A stretch of 64,000 bases of DNA. Source: Candidatus Eiseniibacteriota bacterium (lineage in GTDB: Bacteria; Eisenbacteria; RBG-16-71-46; CAIMUX01; VGJL01). The first letter of the stretch is position 1. Each line of letters begins with the position of its first letter. Below the pieces are notes generated by a model. That model had not been told where the DNA came from. It did not search any database and saw only the letters and a program-made list of their open reading frames with translations. Made by a program: the position numbers and the translations under genes. Positions 10,372-19,558 of the stretch are shown piece after piece. The DNA is taken from contig JBHGAY010000002.1 in assembly GCA_041946735.1 (NCBI GenBank), positions 1 to 64,000 on the forward strand, written 5' to 3'.

Positions 10372-11766
10372 TCAAGCATCTCTCCCGATCCTGCGCATCG
10401 CCGCCAGCGCCCGCCGGCGCGCCGCGTCATGGTCGACGATCCGCGCCGGCCGGGGCTCCGCCGCCGCCCAGCGCCTCACGTAGGCGCCATCGGGATCGAA
10501 CCTCGCCTCCTGGAGGGCCGGGTTCAGGATGCGGAAGTACGGGGCCGCGTCCGCGCCGCAGCCGGCCGACCATTGCCAGCCGAGCGTGTTGTTCGCGAGA
10601 TCCGCGTCGACGAGGGTGTCCCAGAACCAGCGCGCGCCCTCCCGCCAGTCGATCAACAGGTCCTTCACGAGGAACGAGGCGACGATCATGCGGGCGCGGT
10701 TGTGCATCCAGCCGCTCGACCAGAGCTGGCGCATTCCGGCATCGACGATGCCGTATCCCGTCTCGCCCCGCTGCCACGCGCGCAGCGCCCGGCGGTCCTT
10801 GCGCCACGGGAACGCGCGGAACTCCTCGCGCAACGGCCGTTCCGCGGTGCGCGGAAAGTGGTGGAGCAGGTGGTAGGCGAACTCGCGCCATCCGAGCTGG
10901 CGCAGATAAGCCTCCGCCGCCGCGATCGTTCCCGGAGTACGGTCGCGCGCCGCCCGCGCCTCGATCGCACGCACGATCTGGCGAGGTCCGATCTCGCCGA
11001 AGTGCAGATGGGGCGAAAGGCGCGAAACGCCTTCACGATCGGGACGATCTCGCTGCGCCGGATAGGCGGCGAGGGAGACGCGAAGGAACCGCCTCAGCCG
11101 TTCCGCTGCCCCCTTCTCGCCCGGCTGCCACTGCTCGCGGATCCCGGCGGCCCAATCGACGACCGGCAGAAGCCCGAGCGAGTCGAGATCGACGCTCGTA
11201 GGCCATCTTTCCGGTGAGCGGAGCCTTCGGGGAGCGGGAATCGGCACGGCGGGAGGGACCTCCGCCGCGAGGCATGCGCGCCAGAACGGGGTGAACACCT
11301 GGAACGGTCCGCCGGAGCGGGTGCGGATCGTCCACGGCTCGTGAAGAAGAGACGCGTTGAAGCTCCGAGCCTGGACTCCGTCCGCCGACAGGCTCTTCTC
11401 GACGTCGGCGTCACGCCTCCGCGATGCCGGTTCGTAGCGGCGGCTCCAGTGGACCGCATCGGCCCCCGTTTCGCCGGCGAGAGCGCGCAGGACTTCCGCG
11501 CTCCTCCCCGTCCGCACAACCAGCCGCGAACCGATGGCAGAAAGCGACGCGGCGAGGCTCCCAAGCGAGCCGTGGAGCCACCAGCGCGAGGCCGCCCCCG
11601 GCGGCCAGGCTCCCTCTTCCTCCGGCGCCCAGACGTAGACGGGGATGACCGGCCCCCCCCGCGCGGCCGCGGCGGCGAGCGCAGGGTGGTCCTGCAGGCG
11701 GAGGTCCTGCCGGAACCAGACGAGCGTGGGTTTCGGAAGCGGCGCGGCGGGCGGCGGCATCGTCAT
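10372..11766 (-). CDS. phrB: Deoxyribodipyrimidine photolyase
   Basis: WFRQDLRLQDHPAL, SRLSPHLHFGEI, GWMHNRARMIVASFL, N-x-LGWQWSAG. Confidence 0.95.
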   Translation of the reverse strand: MTMPPPAAPLPKPTLVWFRQDLRLQDHPALAAAAARGGPVIPVYVWAPEEEGAWPPGAASRWWLHGSLGSLAASLSAIGSRLVVRTGRSAEVLRALAGETGADAVHWSRRYEPASRRRDADVEKSLSADGVQARSFNASLLHEPWTIRTRSGGPFQVFTPFWRACLAAEVPPAVPIPAPRRLRSPERWPTSVDLDSLGLLPVVDWAAGIREQWQPGEKGAAERLRRFLRVSLAAYPAQRDRPDREGVSRLSPHLHFGEIGPRQIVRAIEARAARDRTPGTIAAAEAYLRQLGWREFAYHLLHHFPRTAERPLREEFRAFPWRKDRRALRAWQRGETGYGIVDAGMRQLWSSGWMHNRARMIVASFLVKDLLIDWREGARWFWDTLVDADLANNTLGWQWSAGCGADAAPYFRILNPALQEARFDPDGAYVRRWAAAEPRPARIVDHDAARRRALAAMRRIGRDA

Positions 11767-11892
11767 GGGATGGGAGTAGCCTTCGCCGGCCGCCGCGTCA
11801 ACAGCTTGCAGGCCGCAGCTTGTCGCCTGCCGGCCGCCAGGCGGCCTAAGTGTGTGCCGGCCGGAAGCCGCGGCCGAAGCGTGCCGGCAACT

Positions 11893-12774
11893 CTACTTCG
11901 TCTCGGTCGGCTTGCTGTGATGCTCGATCTTCAGCAGCGCACTCTCGTAGTTGAACGCCACCGCCGGATGCCCTTCCGGGAACGGCCCCCCGTGGCATTG
12001 CATGCACACCTGCTCCGTTGGAAGGACCAGGCCCTTCTCCAGCGCCGCCGGCCGGCTCTTCATGACCGCCATTGGCCGGTACTCACTCCCCGGACCGTGG
12101 CAAGCCTCGCACTGCACGTTCACCATCTTGTCGGGCGTGACTCCCGCCGCGAGAGCCTTGCCGAAGCCGGTCGTGTGGCAGCGGAGGCAGACCTCGTTCT
12201 TCTGATTCTCCGCGCCCAGCGCCTCGAACGCCTGCGCGTGCGGGCTCGCGAGCCACACCTCGTAGATGGAGCCCTTCGACGCTCCCTTGTGGCAGATCGC
12301 GCAGGCCTGAACCCCGACGTACTTGAAGTTCCCTGCAGGGGCCGCGGCCGGGGCAGGAGTAGTGGCCTCGGTCGGTTTCTCCGTCGTCTCCGGCGGGCTC
12401 TCGGGGCTTGGACTGGACGGCTCCGCCGCCTGGCTCGGCGTGCCGCCCGGAGCCGTCTCGCGTGTTTCCGCATCTCCCCCGGAGCCCCGGTTGTCCTGCC
12501 CGTCCTGCTTGCCCTGCATGCCCTGGGAAGTCGCGGCAGGCGGCGTCGTCTGCGGCGCCGCCTCCCGTTCGGCCGCCTCCACCGCCTCGCGCTGCGCCTC
12601 CGCCGCCGTCTGGGAAGTGTCGGTCGAGGCCGCTCGCGTCCCGTTCTCGCTCCCGGACCGGTTCCCGCAGCCTGGGATCGCCGCGAACGAGATCAGGAGG
12701 AATGCCAGAGAGAAGAGACCGCAGAAGAGGAAGAAGAGGATTCCGCGTTCGCTCGCAAGGGATCGGTTCCGCAT
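11893..12774 (-). CDS. Tetraheme c-type cytochrome (c554-like), probable lipoprotein with low-complexity linker
   Basis: Four CxxCH motifs (CAICH, CLRCH, CEACH, CMQCH), YVG and CEACHGPGS signature; hydrophobic N-terminus ending IPGC; AGGAGG RBS. Confidence 0.85.
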   Translation of the reverse strand: MRNRSLASERGILFFLFCGLFSLAFLLISFAAIPGCGNRSGSENGTRAASTDTSQTAAEAQREAVEAAEREAAPQTTPPAATSQGMQGKQDGQDNRGSGGDAETRETAPGGTPSQAAEPSSPSPESPPETTEKPTEATTPAPAAAPAGNFKYVGVQACAICHKGASKGSIYEVWLASPHAQAFEALGAENQKNEVCLRCHTTGFGKALAAGVTPDKMVNVQCEACHGPGSEYRPMAVMKSRPAALEKGLVLPTEQVCMQCHGGPFPEGHPAVAFNYESALLKIEHHSKPTETK

Positions 12775-13151
12775 CGCGCTCACCTCCTGGGATCGGTCGC
12801 TCGAGATTTGTTCGCTCGCGATCGAGTTGCGGACGCTCGCAAGATCCGCCATGGCCCCGCCTACTCTGACGCTGGCGAGACGCGCTGGGGTTGTCAATCC
12901 TCTCCCGCGCCGAACATTCGTCGCATGCCGGCGACCAGGGCGCGCGCCCGAACACACCCGGCACGAAGACCGCCGGGTCGAACGCCATGCACGAATGGCA
13001 GACTCTCGCCGTGAATTCCGTATGGATCGAGTCGGGTCGGCCGGTTCCAGGCGCCGGAACGTCCCAGCGGCGCACATCGCGTCCGCTTCCGAACGCACGA
13101 ACAACCTAAGGAGTGCCGAGAGTGTCGAGAGTCATGCATCGACGAGTATGG

Positions 13152-15380
13152 ATGCGATCCCGAAGGATTGCCCGGATCACCCTCCGTGCCCTTTTCCTGA
13201 CACCTTTCGCAGTCGGCCTCGCGACGCTCGCAGCCTCTGCCGCGGAGTACGAGTTCTCATGGAGGCTACCGACGCCGCAGGGAAATGCGATCTGCGGAAC
13301 GGACTTCGAGAGCGAGACGACCGGCTATGCCGTCGGGCCGCGAGGCACCGTACTCGTCACGGCCGACGCCGGGGTCACATGGACGCCGCGCGACCTCTTC
13401 CCCGACTTCGACGCCGATCTCCAGGACGTGCTCGTCCTCGGAGCCGGGCACCTGCTCGCGGCCGGCGCACCTCCCGGCATCTTCGAGTCGACCGACGCCG
13501 GAATCTCCTGGTCGCCCGTCGTCAATCCGTCCACCGGGACCTTGAACGATCTCGAGGTCGTCAGCGGGTCGATCCTCAGCGCCGTGGGCTCCGGCGGCGA
13601 GGTGATCCGATCCACCGACTCCGGCACGACATGGGCGCTTCTTCCTTCGCCGGGATCGGAAGATCTGAACGAGCAGCTCTGGCTCGATCCGGCGAACGGC
13701 TACGTGTTGGGCAAGTTCCTCGCGCGCCGCACGACGGACGGCGGCCAGACGTGGGCGCCGCTCGACGGCGTCACGGAGTTCACATCGTTCAACGAGGCAT
13801 GGTCCACCGACCCCGCCCACATCACGATCCTGAACGACTTCGAGATCTGGAGAACGACGAACGGCGGCGTGACGTGGACCGGCAACCCCGTCGGTCCCCT
13901 CACCTACATGGGCAACACGGTCGTGCTCGGCCCTCTCCACTACCTCGTCGCCACCAACCTGGAGGGGGCATTCGTCTGGGAGACGACCGACGGCGGCGAC
14001 ACTTGGACGGAGCGGCTCTTCGGAAGCATGGGCGGCTTCCTCGACTTCGATCGTCTGAGCGACGGCACCTTGATCCTGCCCTCGAGCGACGGCGACATCT
14101 ACCGCTCCACCGACGATGGACAGACGTGGACGAACGCGACCCACATCGCGGCGGGCCCGGAGCGCGGCGCGATCGGAGCGGTCGCGGTAGGACCCGGCGG
14201 ATCGGGCGCGGCCGGCACCACCGGCTCTCCTCCCACATACTGGTTCCGCACGATCGACGGAGGATCGAGCTGGCAGGCGGATCCGCAGGGCCCCGCGATC
14301 GCCGCAGCAGCGGGCATCGGATACTGGGACGTATCGCGCGCCGTTGCGGCGGGCGACTCCGGACGCATGTGGCGCACGACCGACGGAGGCGCCTCCTGGT
14401 CGCCGGTCGATCTGGCCGGCGCCCCGGCGGGCGGGCGTGCCGGCGATCTCGCGCTTCCGGCTCCCGGAGTCGCCTTCGTCCCGGTCATGAACGACAACGA
14501 GTCGAAGGTGTACCGGACGACGGACCATGGGGAGACGTGGCAGCCGCGAAGTGCCGGAATCCTGGCAACGAGCGGGCTTCGCGCGATCTCCTTCCTGAAC
14601 GCCAGCGCGGGTTTCACGGGAGGCTATCTGGGGAGCGCGCCGGTCTTGTACAAGACGACCGATGGCGGAGGATCGTGGAGCGGTGTGGGCACGACGGGCC
14701 TTCCGAGCTGGCTGAACGACATGCACTGGAGCGACAGCCAGACAGGATTCGTGACGCTCCACACCGGCTCGCCGGGCATCTACAGGACGACCAACGGCGG
14801 CGGGCTCTGGACGAATGTGTGGCCGTTCGCCGTGCACCGCATCGCGTTCTCGCCCGATGGCGTGCACGGGGCGGCCACGCAGCTCGAGTTCTTCCCGAAT
14901 GGCACGCTCGCCGTCACCGAGGATGGCGGCGCGACGTGGGAGAGCCTGGCGCTGCCCGCAACGACATCCGGGACCTGCATCACTGCCACGGAAGAAGGCT
15001 TCTGGGTCGGCGGCTACGGCAACTGCATCCTGGAGATGACGCGGATCGATCCGGCGTCGTCCGATGATCTGCCGCCGGCGCCCGGAGACGAATCGCGAAT
15101 CGCGGTGCGCGCGCGCCCGTCCATCGGCGACCGTTTCGAAATCGAGTACCGGGCAGCCGGAGCGGGTTCCGTCGACCTCTCTGTCTATGACGTGCTCGGG
15201 CGGCGCGTGGCGGCGTTGGTGAGCGCAGGCGCCGCGGATTCCGGCATCGATGCATCCTCCCGGACCGTCTCGTGGAATGGCCTGGCGAGCGATGGACGGC
15301 CGGCATCGCCGGGCATCTACTTCGTGCGGTTCGAGGCTGGCGGCGAAGTCCGCGCCGTGAAGATCGTCGTGCGGCGGTGA
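13152..15380 (+). CDS. Secreted YCF48-like/BNR-repeat beta-propeller protein with FlgD-Ig-like C-terminus
   Basis: Many T-T-D-G-G-x-T-W (Asp-box) repeats; signal peptide; VYDVLGRRVA...SPGIYFVR tail. Confidence 0.85.
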   Translation: MRSRRIARITLRALFLTPFAVGLATLAASAAEYEFSWRLPTPQGNAICGTDFESETTGYAVGPRGTVLVTADAGVTWTPRDLFPDFDADLQDVLVLGAGHLLAAGAPPGIFESTDAGISWSPVVNPSTGTLNDLEVVSGSILSAVGSGGEVIRSTDSGTTWALLPSPGSEDLNEQLWLDPANGYVLGKFLARRTTDGGQTWAPLDGVTEFTSFNEAWSTDPAHITILNDFEIWRTTNGGVTWTGNPVGPLTYMGNTVVLGPLHYLVATNLEGAFVWETTDGGDTWTERLFGSMGGFLDFDRLSDGTLILPSSDGDIYRSTDDGQTWTNATHIAAGPERGAIGAVAVGPGGSGAAGTTGSPPTYWFRTIDGGSSWQADPQGPAIAAAAGIGYWDVSRAVAAGDSGRMWRTTDGGASWSPVDLAGAPAGGRAGDLALPAPGVAFVPVMNDNESKVYRTTDHGETWQPRSAGILATSGLRAISFLNASAGFTGGYLGSAPVLYKTTDGGGSWSGVGTTGLPSWLNDMHWSDSQTGFVTLHTGSPGIYRTTNGGGLWTNVWPFAVHRIAFSPDGVHGAATQLEFFPNGTLAVTEDGGATWESLALPATTSGTCITATEEGFWVGGYGNCILEMTRIDPASSDDLPPAPGDESRIAVRARPSIGDRFEIEYRAAGAGSVDLSVYDVLGRRVAALVSAGAADSGIDASSRTVSWNGLASDGRPASPGIYFVRFEAGGEVRAVKIVVRR

Positions 15381-15417
15381 TCGGACGGCGCACGCGCCCC
15401 GGCCGCCGGTTCCAGTG

Positions 15418-18400
15418 TCATTCGTCCCAGGCGAGGCCGAGGGGCTCCAGCGCCGCCTGCATCCCCTCGAGATCCCAGACGAGGATCTCGCGCCCGGGCG
15501 TCATCGCGGCGAGAAGGCGTGCGTCGTCGGAGAAGGCGAGATCCAGGATCGCCGCGTAGCTCGGGTTCGGAAGCGTGGCCAGGGTGTGCCCGTCGGGCAC
15601 CGACACGAGCTCGACCTGGAACCGATTCGGCGTGAGGGCGAGAACGTGGCCGTCCGGCCGGAACGCGGCGAGCCCTGCAAGATCGCTCGTCTGAGGAGTG
15701 AGCGCGAATCGAGCCGCCTCTTGCCAAGTGCCAAGATCGAGAAGGCGTGCCTCGACCGCGCTCGTGACCAGCAGGTGCCTGCCGTCCGGAGCGAAGAGGC
15801 CGCGCACATGCGGGCCGGGGAAGGTAAGGATGGCGTCTCCCGTCTGCGCGTCGAGGAGGCGGGATTCGCCCCCCTTCCAGCTTCCGAGGAACAGCCATCG
15901 GCCATCGGCGCTCATGCAGGAGGTCACGAGCCCTCCGAAGCCGGGGTAGGAGCGCAGGACTGCGCCGGGCGTCGCGCCGGTATCGAGCAGGATGACCCGG
16001 CCTCCTCGCTCGACCACGGAGAGAACGGAGCCATCCGGCCCCCGGTCCACGTCCATCGCCTCCTCGCCCCGCCAGAGATGCGAGGGGGCGGCGAGCACGA
16101 GATCCTGAGCGCGCGAGAGATCGTGCTTCCATGCGAGAAGGCCGCGGGGCGAGAGGGCGACGAGCAGCCCGTGATCGGGAAGCAGGACGGCGGAGCGGGA
16201 TGGTTCGTCCGAGAGCACGGCGCTGTTCCCCGTTGTCAAATTCCAGAGGCGGACGCCCCCGCGGACCGACGCCGAGACGAGATGGCGGCCGTCCGGCAGG
16301 AACGAGGCATGGCCGACTACCCCCGATTCCACCGGAGAGCGGAGCACGCGCATGCCGTAACCGGGCGAGAAGCTGTAGACGGCCAGCGTGCCGGATGCGT
16401 CCTGCAGCGCGATCCGATCCGCAATTCCAGCGAGGGAGCGGCCGTACAGGGGATCGAGAAGCTCGGAGGCCGAGGACAGGTCCCAGAACCGGACCGTGGC
16501 GTCCCACCCCGCCGTGCAGAGAACGCGGTCCCCGACGAACCCGACGTCGACGATCGCCGACTGATGCCCGGTCAGGAGGATCGGTTCTGCATCGCGACGC
16601 GGCGGCTCCAAATTCCGAGGTGGCAGTGATGGAACTGGAGCGGTGCCCGACCCGAGGCGGAACACTCGCGCCTGGAAGTCGCTGCAGCCTGCTGCGAGCT
16701 GCTCGCCGTCCGGGCTGAACGCGAGCGCGTAAGGGATCCCCCCGGGATCGAGCACTCTTGCGATCCGTCCCGTCTGGAGATCCCAGATCTCGATCCCGCT
16801 CGACGACAGGCTCGATGAGGCCAAGCATCTTCCGGACGGATCCGCCGCGAGGCGAAACGGCGGCGCGGCGCCGCGCAAGGTCCGGAGAAGCGCCCCGCTC
16901 TCCTGCGAGTAGCAGCGGATCGTTCCGTCTGCAAAGCCGACGGCGATCCACGGAATCGCCGACTCGAGGGACGAGAACGCGACGATGCTGGACACCCGGC
17001 CCGTTGCGCGAGATCCGCGGCCGAGGATCTCGCTCACCCTGTCCCCCGGGATCGTCTCGTGGATGCGGAGGATCGGCCGGCTGCGCGCGATGTCCCAGAG
17101 CCAGAGCGCCTCCTCGCCCTGGCGGTCGTATCGCACCGCCAAACGAAACCCCTCGGGCGAGAAGCGGACGTTGGTGGGCTGGAATCCCTCGGGGCCGACG
17201 AGCCGGGCGAGGTCAGCACCATCCGGGAACGCACGCACAGCGACGCTTCCATCCTCCATCAGGATCCCGCAGCGCTCGATCCGTTCGAGTCCCTGGCAGA
17301 AGACTCGGCCATGCCCGGCGTCGAGCCTCCCTTCGAGGCGCAGATCGGGGAGCGCCATCGCCGCCAGCGCCTCGTTGCGGATCGCGAGGCTTGGCCGGCG
17401 CGCGGCCGCGCGCGCCAGCACGTCCATGCTCTCGAAGCGGCGGCCGACTGCGCGGCTCGATCGGAGCGCGCGCGCCTGCGCTTCATAGGAGTCGAGGAGC
17501 CGGTCGGCGGCCAGCGAACGTGCCCTTTCGGCCGAGGCGTAAAGCATCCAGGCGACGGCCGAGGAGGCGAGGAGGACAGCGATCCCGAGCGTCGCGATCA
17601 CAACCGGCAGCCGGTGGCGCCGGACCTGGGTACGGAGCACATACCATCGGCTGTCTCTCTTGGCCTCGATCGGCTCCCCGGCGAGATAGCGCTGGAGGTC
17701 CCGGGCAAGATCTTCCGGGGAGGAGTACCGGCGCGCCGGATCCTTCTCGAGACACTTCGCGAGCATCGTCTCGATCTCCGAACCGAGCTCCGGCCGGAGC
17801 TTCGTCACGGGGGCGGGAAGCTCGTTCGCGATGCGGCGCGCCGCCTCGACGATCGGCAGCTCCTGCACGTCGAGAGGAAGCCGGCCCGTCAGGAGTTCGT
17901 AGAGCATCACGCCGAGCGCGTAGACATCGGAGCGCGTGTCGGCGTCGGAGGAACCGCCCGAGAGCTGGAGCTGCTCGGGGCTCATGTAGGCGAGAGTCCC
18001 CAGCACCTCGCCTGTCGCGGTTCGCTCCTCCAGATCGAGCGGGTCCCCCTCGAGCCCGATGGCGCGCGAGACGCCGAAGTCGAGGACCTTGGGATTCCCT
18101 TGCTCGTCGACGAGCACGTTCGGCGGCTTCAGATCTCGATGGACGATCCCCTTGCGGTGCGCGTGCTGCACCGCGTCGCAGATCCGCACGAAAAGCCGCA
18201 GGACGTCACGGGGAGGCAGGCGGCGGTCGCGAACGTGAACGTGGAGAGGATCGCCGCGGATGAACTCCATGACGATGTACGGGACCTGGGAGCGAAGCAC
18301 GCCGGTCCCCAGCTCCTCCATCCCCGCCTCGTAGACGTGGGCGATGCCGGGGTGCTGGAGCCTTGCCAGCAGCTCGCTCTCCGTCCGGAAGCGGCGCAGC

Positions 18401-18768
18401 CGCCGCTCGGGATGCAGACCAGGCCGGATGAGCTTGATGGCGACGGTGCGGCGCGGCGCCTCCTGCTCCGCTTCGTAGACGACGCCCATTCCGCCTTCGC
18501 CGATCTTCCGCAGGATGCGGTACCGGCCGATCCTCTCGGGCTCCTGGCCCTCGAGACAGTCGAACCGGCTCGCCCGCAGCTGCTGGGGCAGCGGGAACGC
18601 CTCGAGGCTCGTCGCCTCGCCGTAGTGAAAGAGAAGCGACTCGAGTTCCTCACGGACGGCGGAATCGGCGGCGTGCGCGTCCAGGAAGCCTGCCCGCTCT
18701 TCCTCGGAACGATCGAGGAGTTGCTGGAACAGCTCCTCGACCCTCTTCCGTTGGTCCTCCGCCGCCAT
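15418..18768 (-). CDS. Hanks-type Ser/Thr protein kinase with transmembrane helix and WD40 repeats
   Basis: IGEGGMGVVY, VAIK, HRDLKPPN, DFG, GTLAYMSPEQ motifs; TM segment; GH...WD repeats. Confidence 0.95.
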   Translation of the reverse strand: MAAEDQRKRVEELFQQLLDRSEEERAGFLDAHAADSAVREELESLLFHYGEATSLEAFPLPQQLRASRFDCLEGQEPERIGRYRILRKIGEGGMGVVYEAEQEAPRRTVAIKLIRPGLHPERRLRRFRTESELLARLQHPGIAHVYEAGMEELGTGVLRSQVPYIVMEFIRGDPLHVHVRDRRLPPRDVLRLFVRICDAVQHAHRKGIVHRDLKPPNVLVDEQGNPKVLDFGVSRAIGLEGDPLDLEERTATGEVLGTLAYMSPEQLQLSGGSSDADTRSDVYALGVMLYELLTGRLPLDVQELPIVEAARRIANELPAPVTKLRPELGSEIETMLAKCLEKDPARRYSSPEDLARDLQRYLAGEPIEAKRDSRWYVLRTQVRRHRLPVVIATLGIAVLLASSAVAWMLYASAERARSLAADRLLDSYEAQARALRSSRAVGRRFESMDVLARAAARRPSLAIRNEALAAMALPDLRLEGRLDAGHGRVFCQGLERIERCGILMEDGSVAVRAFPDGADLARLVGPEGFQPTNVRFSPEGFRLAVRYDRQGEEALWLWDIARSRPILRIHETIPGDRVSEILGRGSRATGRVSSIVAFSSLESAIPWIAVGFADGTIRCYSQESGALLRTLRGAAPPFRLAADPSGRCLASSSLSSSGIEIWDLQTGRIARVLDPGGIPYALAFSPDGEQLAAGCSDFQARVFRLGSGTAPVPSLPPRNLEPPRRDAEPILLTGHQSAIVDVGFVGDRVLCTAGWDATVRFWDLSSASELLDPLYGRSLAGIADRIALQDASGTLAVYSFSPGYGMRVLRSPVESGVVGHASFLPDGRHLVSASVRGGVRLWNLTTGNSAVLSDEPSRSAVLLPDHGLLVALSPRGLLAWKHDLSRAQDLVLAAPSHLWRGEEAMDVDRGPDGSVLSVVERGGRVILLDTGATPGAVLRSYPGFGGLVTSCMSADGRWLFLGSWKGGESRLLDAQTGDAILTFPGPHVRGLFAPDGRHLLVTSAVEARLLDLGTWQEAARFALTPQTSDLAGLAAFRPDGHVLALTPNRFQVELVSVPDGHTLATLPNPSYAAILDLAFSDDARLLAAMTPGREILVWDLEGMQAALEPLGLAWDE

Positions 18769-18788
18769 GGAGCCGCCCCCCCGATCTC

Positions 18789-19346
18789 TCAGGAGAGCGC
18801 GTCGCGCGAAGCCTGGATCTCCCGATGCAGCCACGCCCGCAGGTAACGCCATTCGCGGTCGATCGTGCGGACCGACAGGCCGAGCGCCGCTGCCACCTCC
18901 TCGCGGTCCAGCCCTCCGAAGGAGCGCAGGAGCGCGATCTCCGCCTTCCGCGGATCCTCCTTCTCCAGGCGCTCCAGCGCGCGATTCAAGGCGAGCACGT
19001 CCTCCTCGGGGGGATCGATCGCGAGATCGACTTCGTCGGCATCCACCCGGCGCATCTCCCCGCCGTGCTTGCGGGCCGCCTTTCGCCTCGCCTGATCGAC
19101 CAGGATCTGGCGCATCGCCTGGGAGGCCGCGCCGAAGAAGTGGCCGCGGCTATCCCACAAGCGGCCGTGACCATCCGGCCCAGTCACGAGTCTCATGTAC
19201 GCTTCGTGCACGAGGGCGGTCGGCTGCAGCGTGTTTCCGCGCGGGATGCGGGCCATGCGCGCCGCGGCGAGCCGGCGCATCTCGTCGTAGAGGACGGTGA
19301 CCAACTCGGCTCCGTCCATCCTTCCGGCAGACGCTTCTTCGGTCAT
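18789..19346 (-). CDS. ECF RNA polymerase sigma factor (TIGR02999-like, kinase-associated)
   Basis: TLQPTALVHEAYMRL, HFFGAASQAMRQILVD, sigma4 HTH with TIDREW; directly upstream of the kinase. Confidence 0.9.
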   Translation of the reverse strand: MTEEASAGRMDGAELVTVLYDEMRRLAAARMARIPRGNTLQPTALVHEAYMRLVTGPDGHGRLWDSRGHFFGAASQAMRQILVDQARRKAARKHGGEMRRVDADEVDLAIDPPEEDVLALNRALERLEKEDPRKAEIALLRSFGGLDREEVAAALGLSVRTIDREWRYLRAWLHREIQASRDALS

Positions 19347-19558
19347 ACGGTCGCATCCTCCTGTGAATGGGAACGCGGGATTCTAGCGGTCCGACCGTGA
19401 ATCGAGAAGCTCAGCCGTCGCCGCTGGCTGTCGCCCCCGGGGGTCCTAGCCGGGCGGTCGAAGCCGGGCGGTCGCGCTGGAGGTCGAGACGATCGCGCGG
19501 CGCGCTACCGCGGGTCGCCGGCTCGCTCCAGGGCCCTCGGTCGCGCGCCGCCTCCTGC

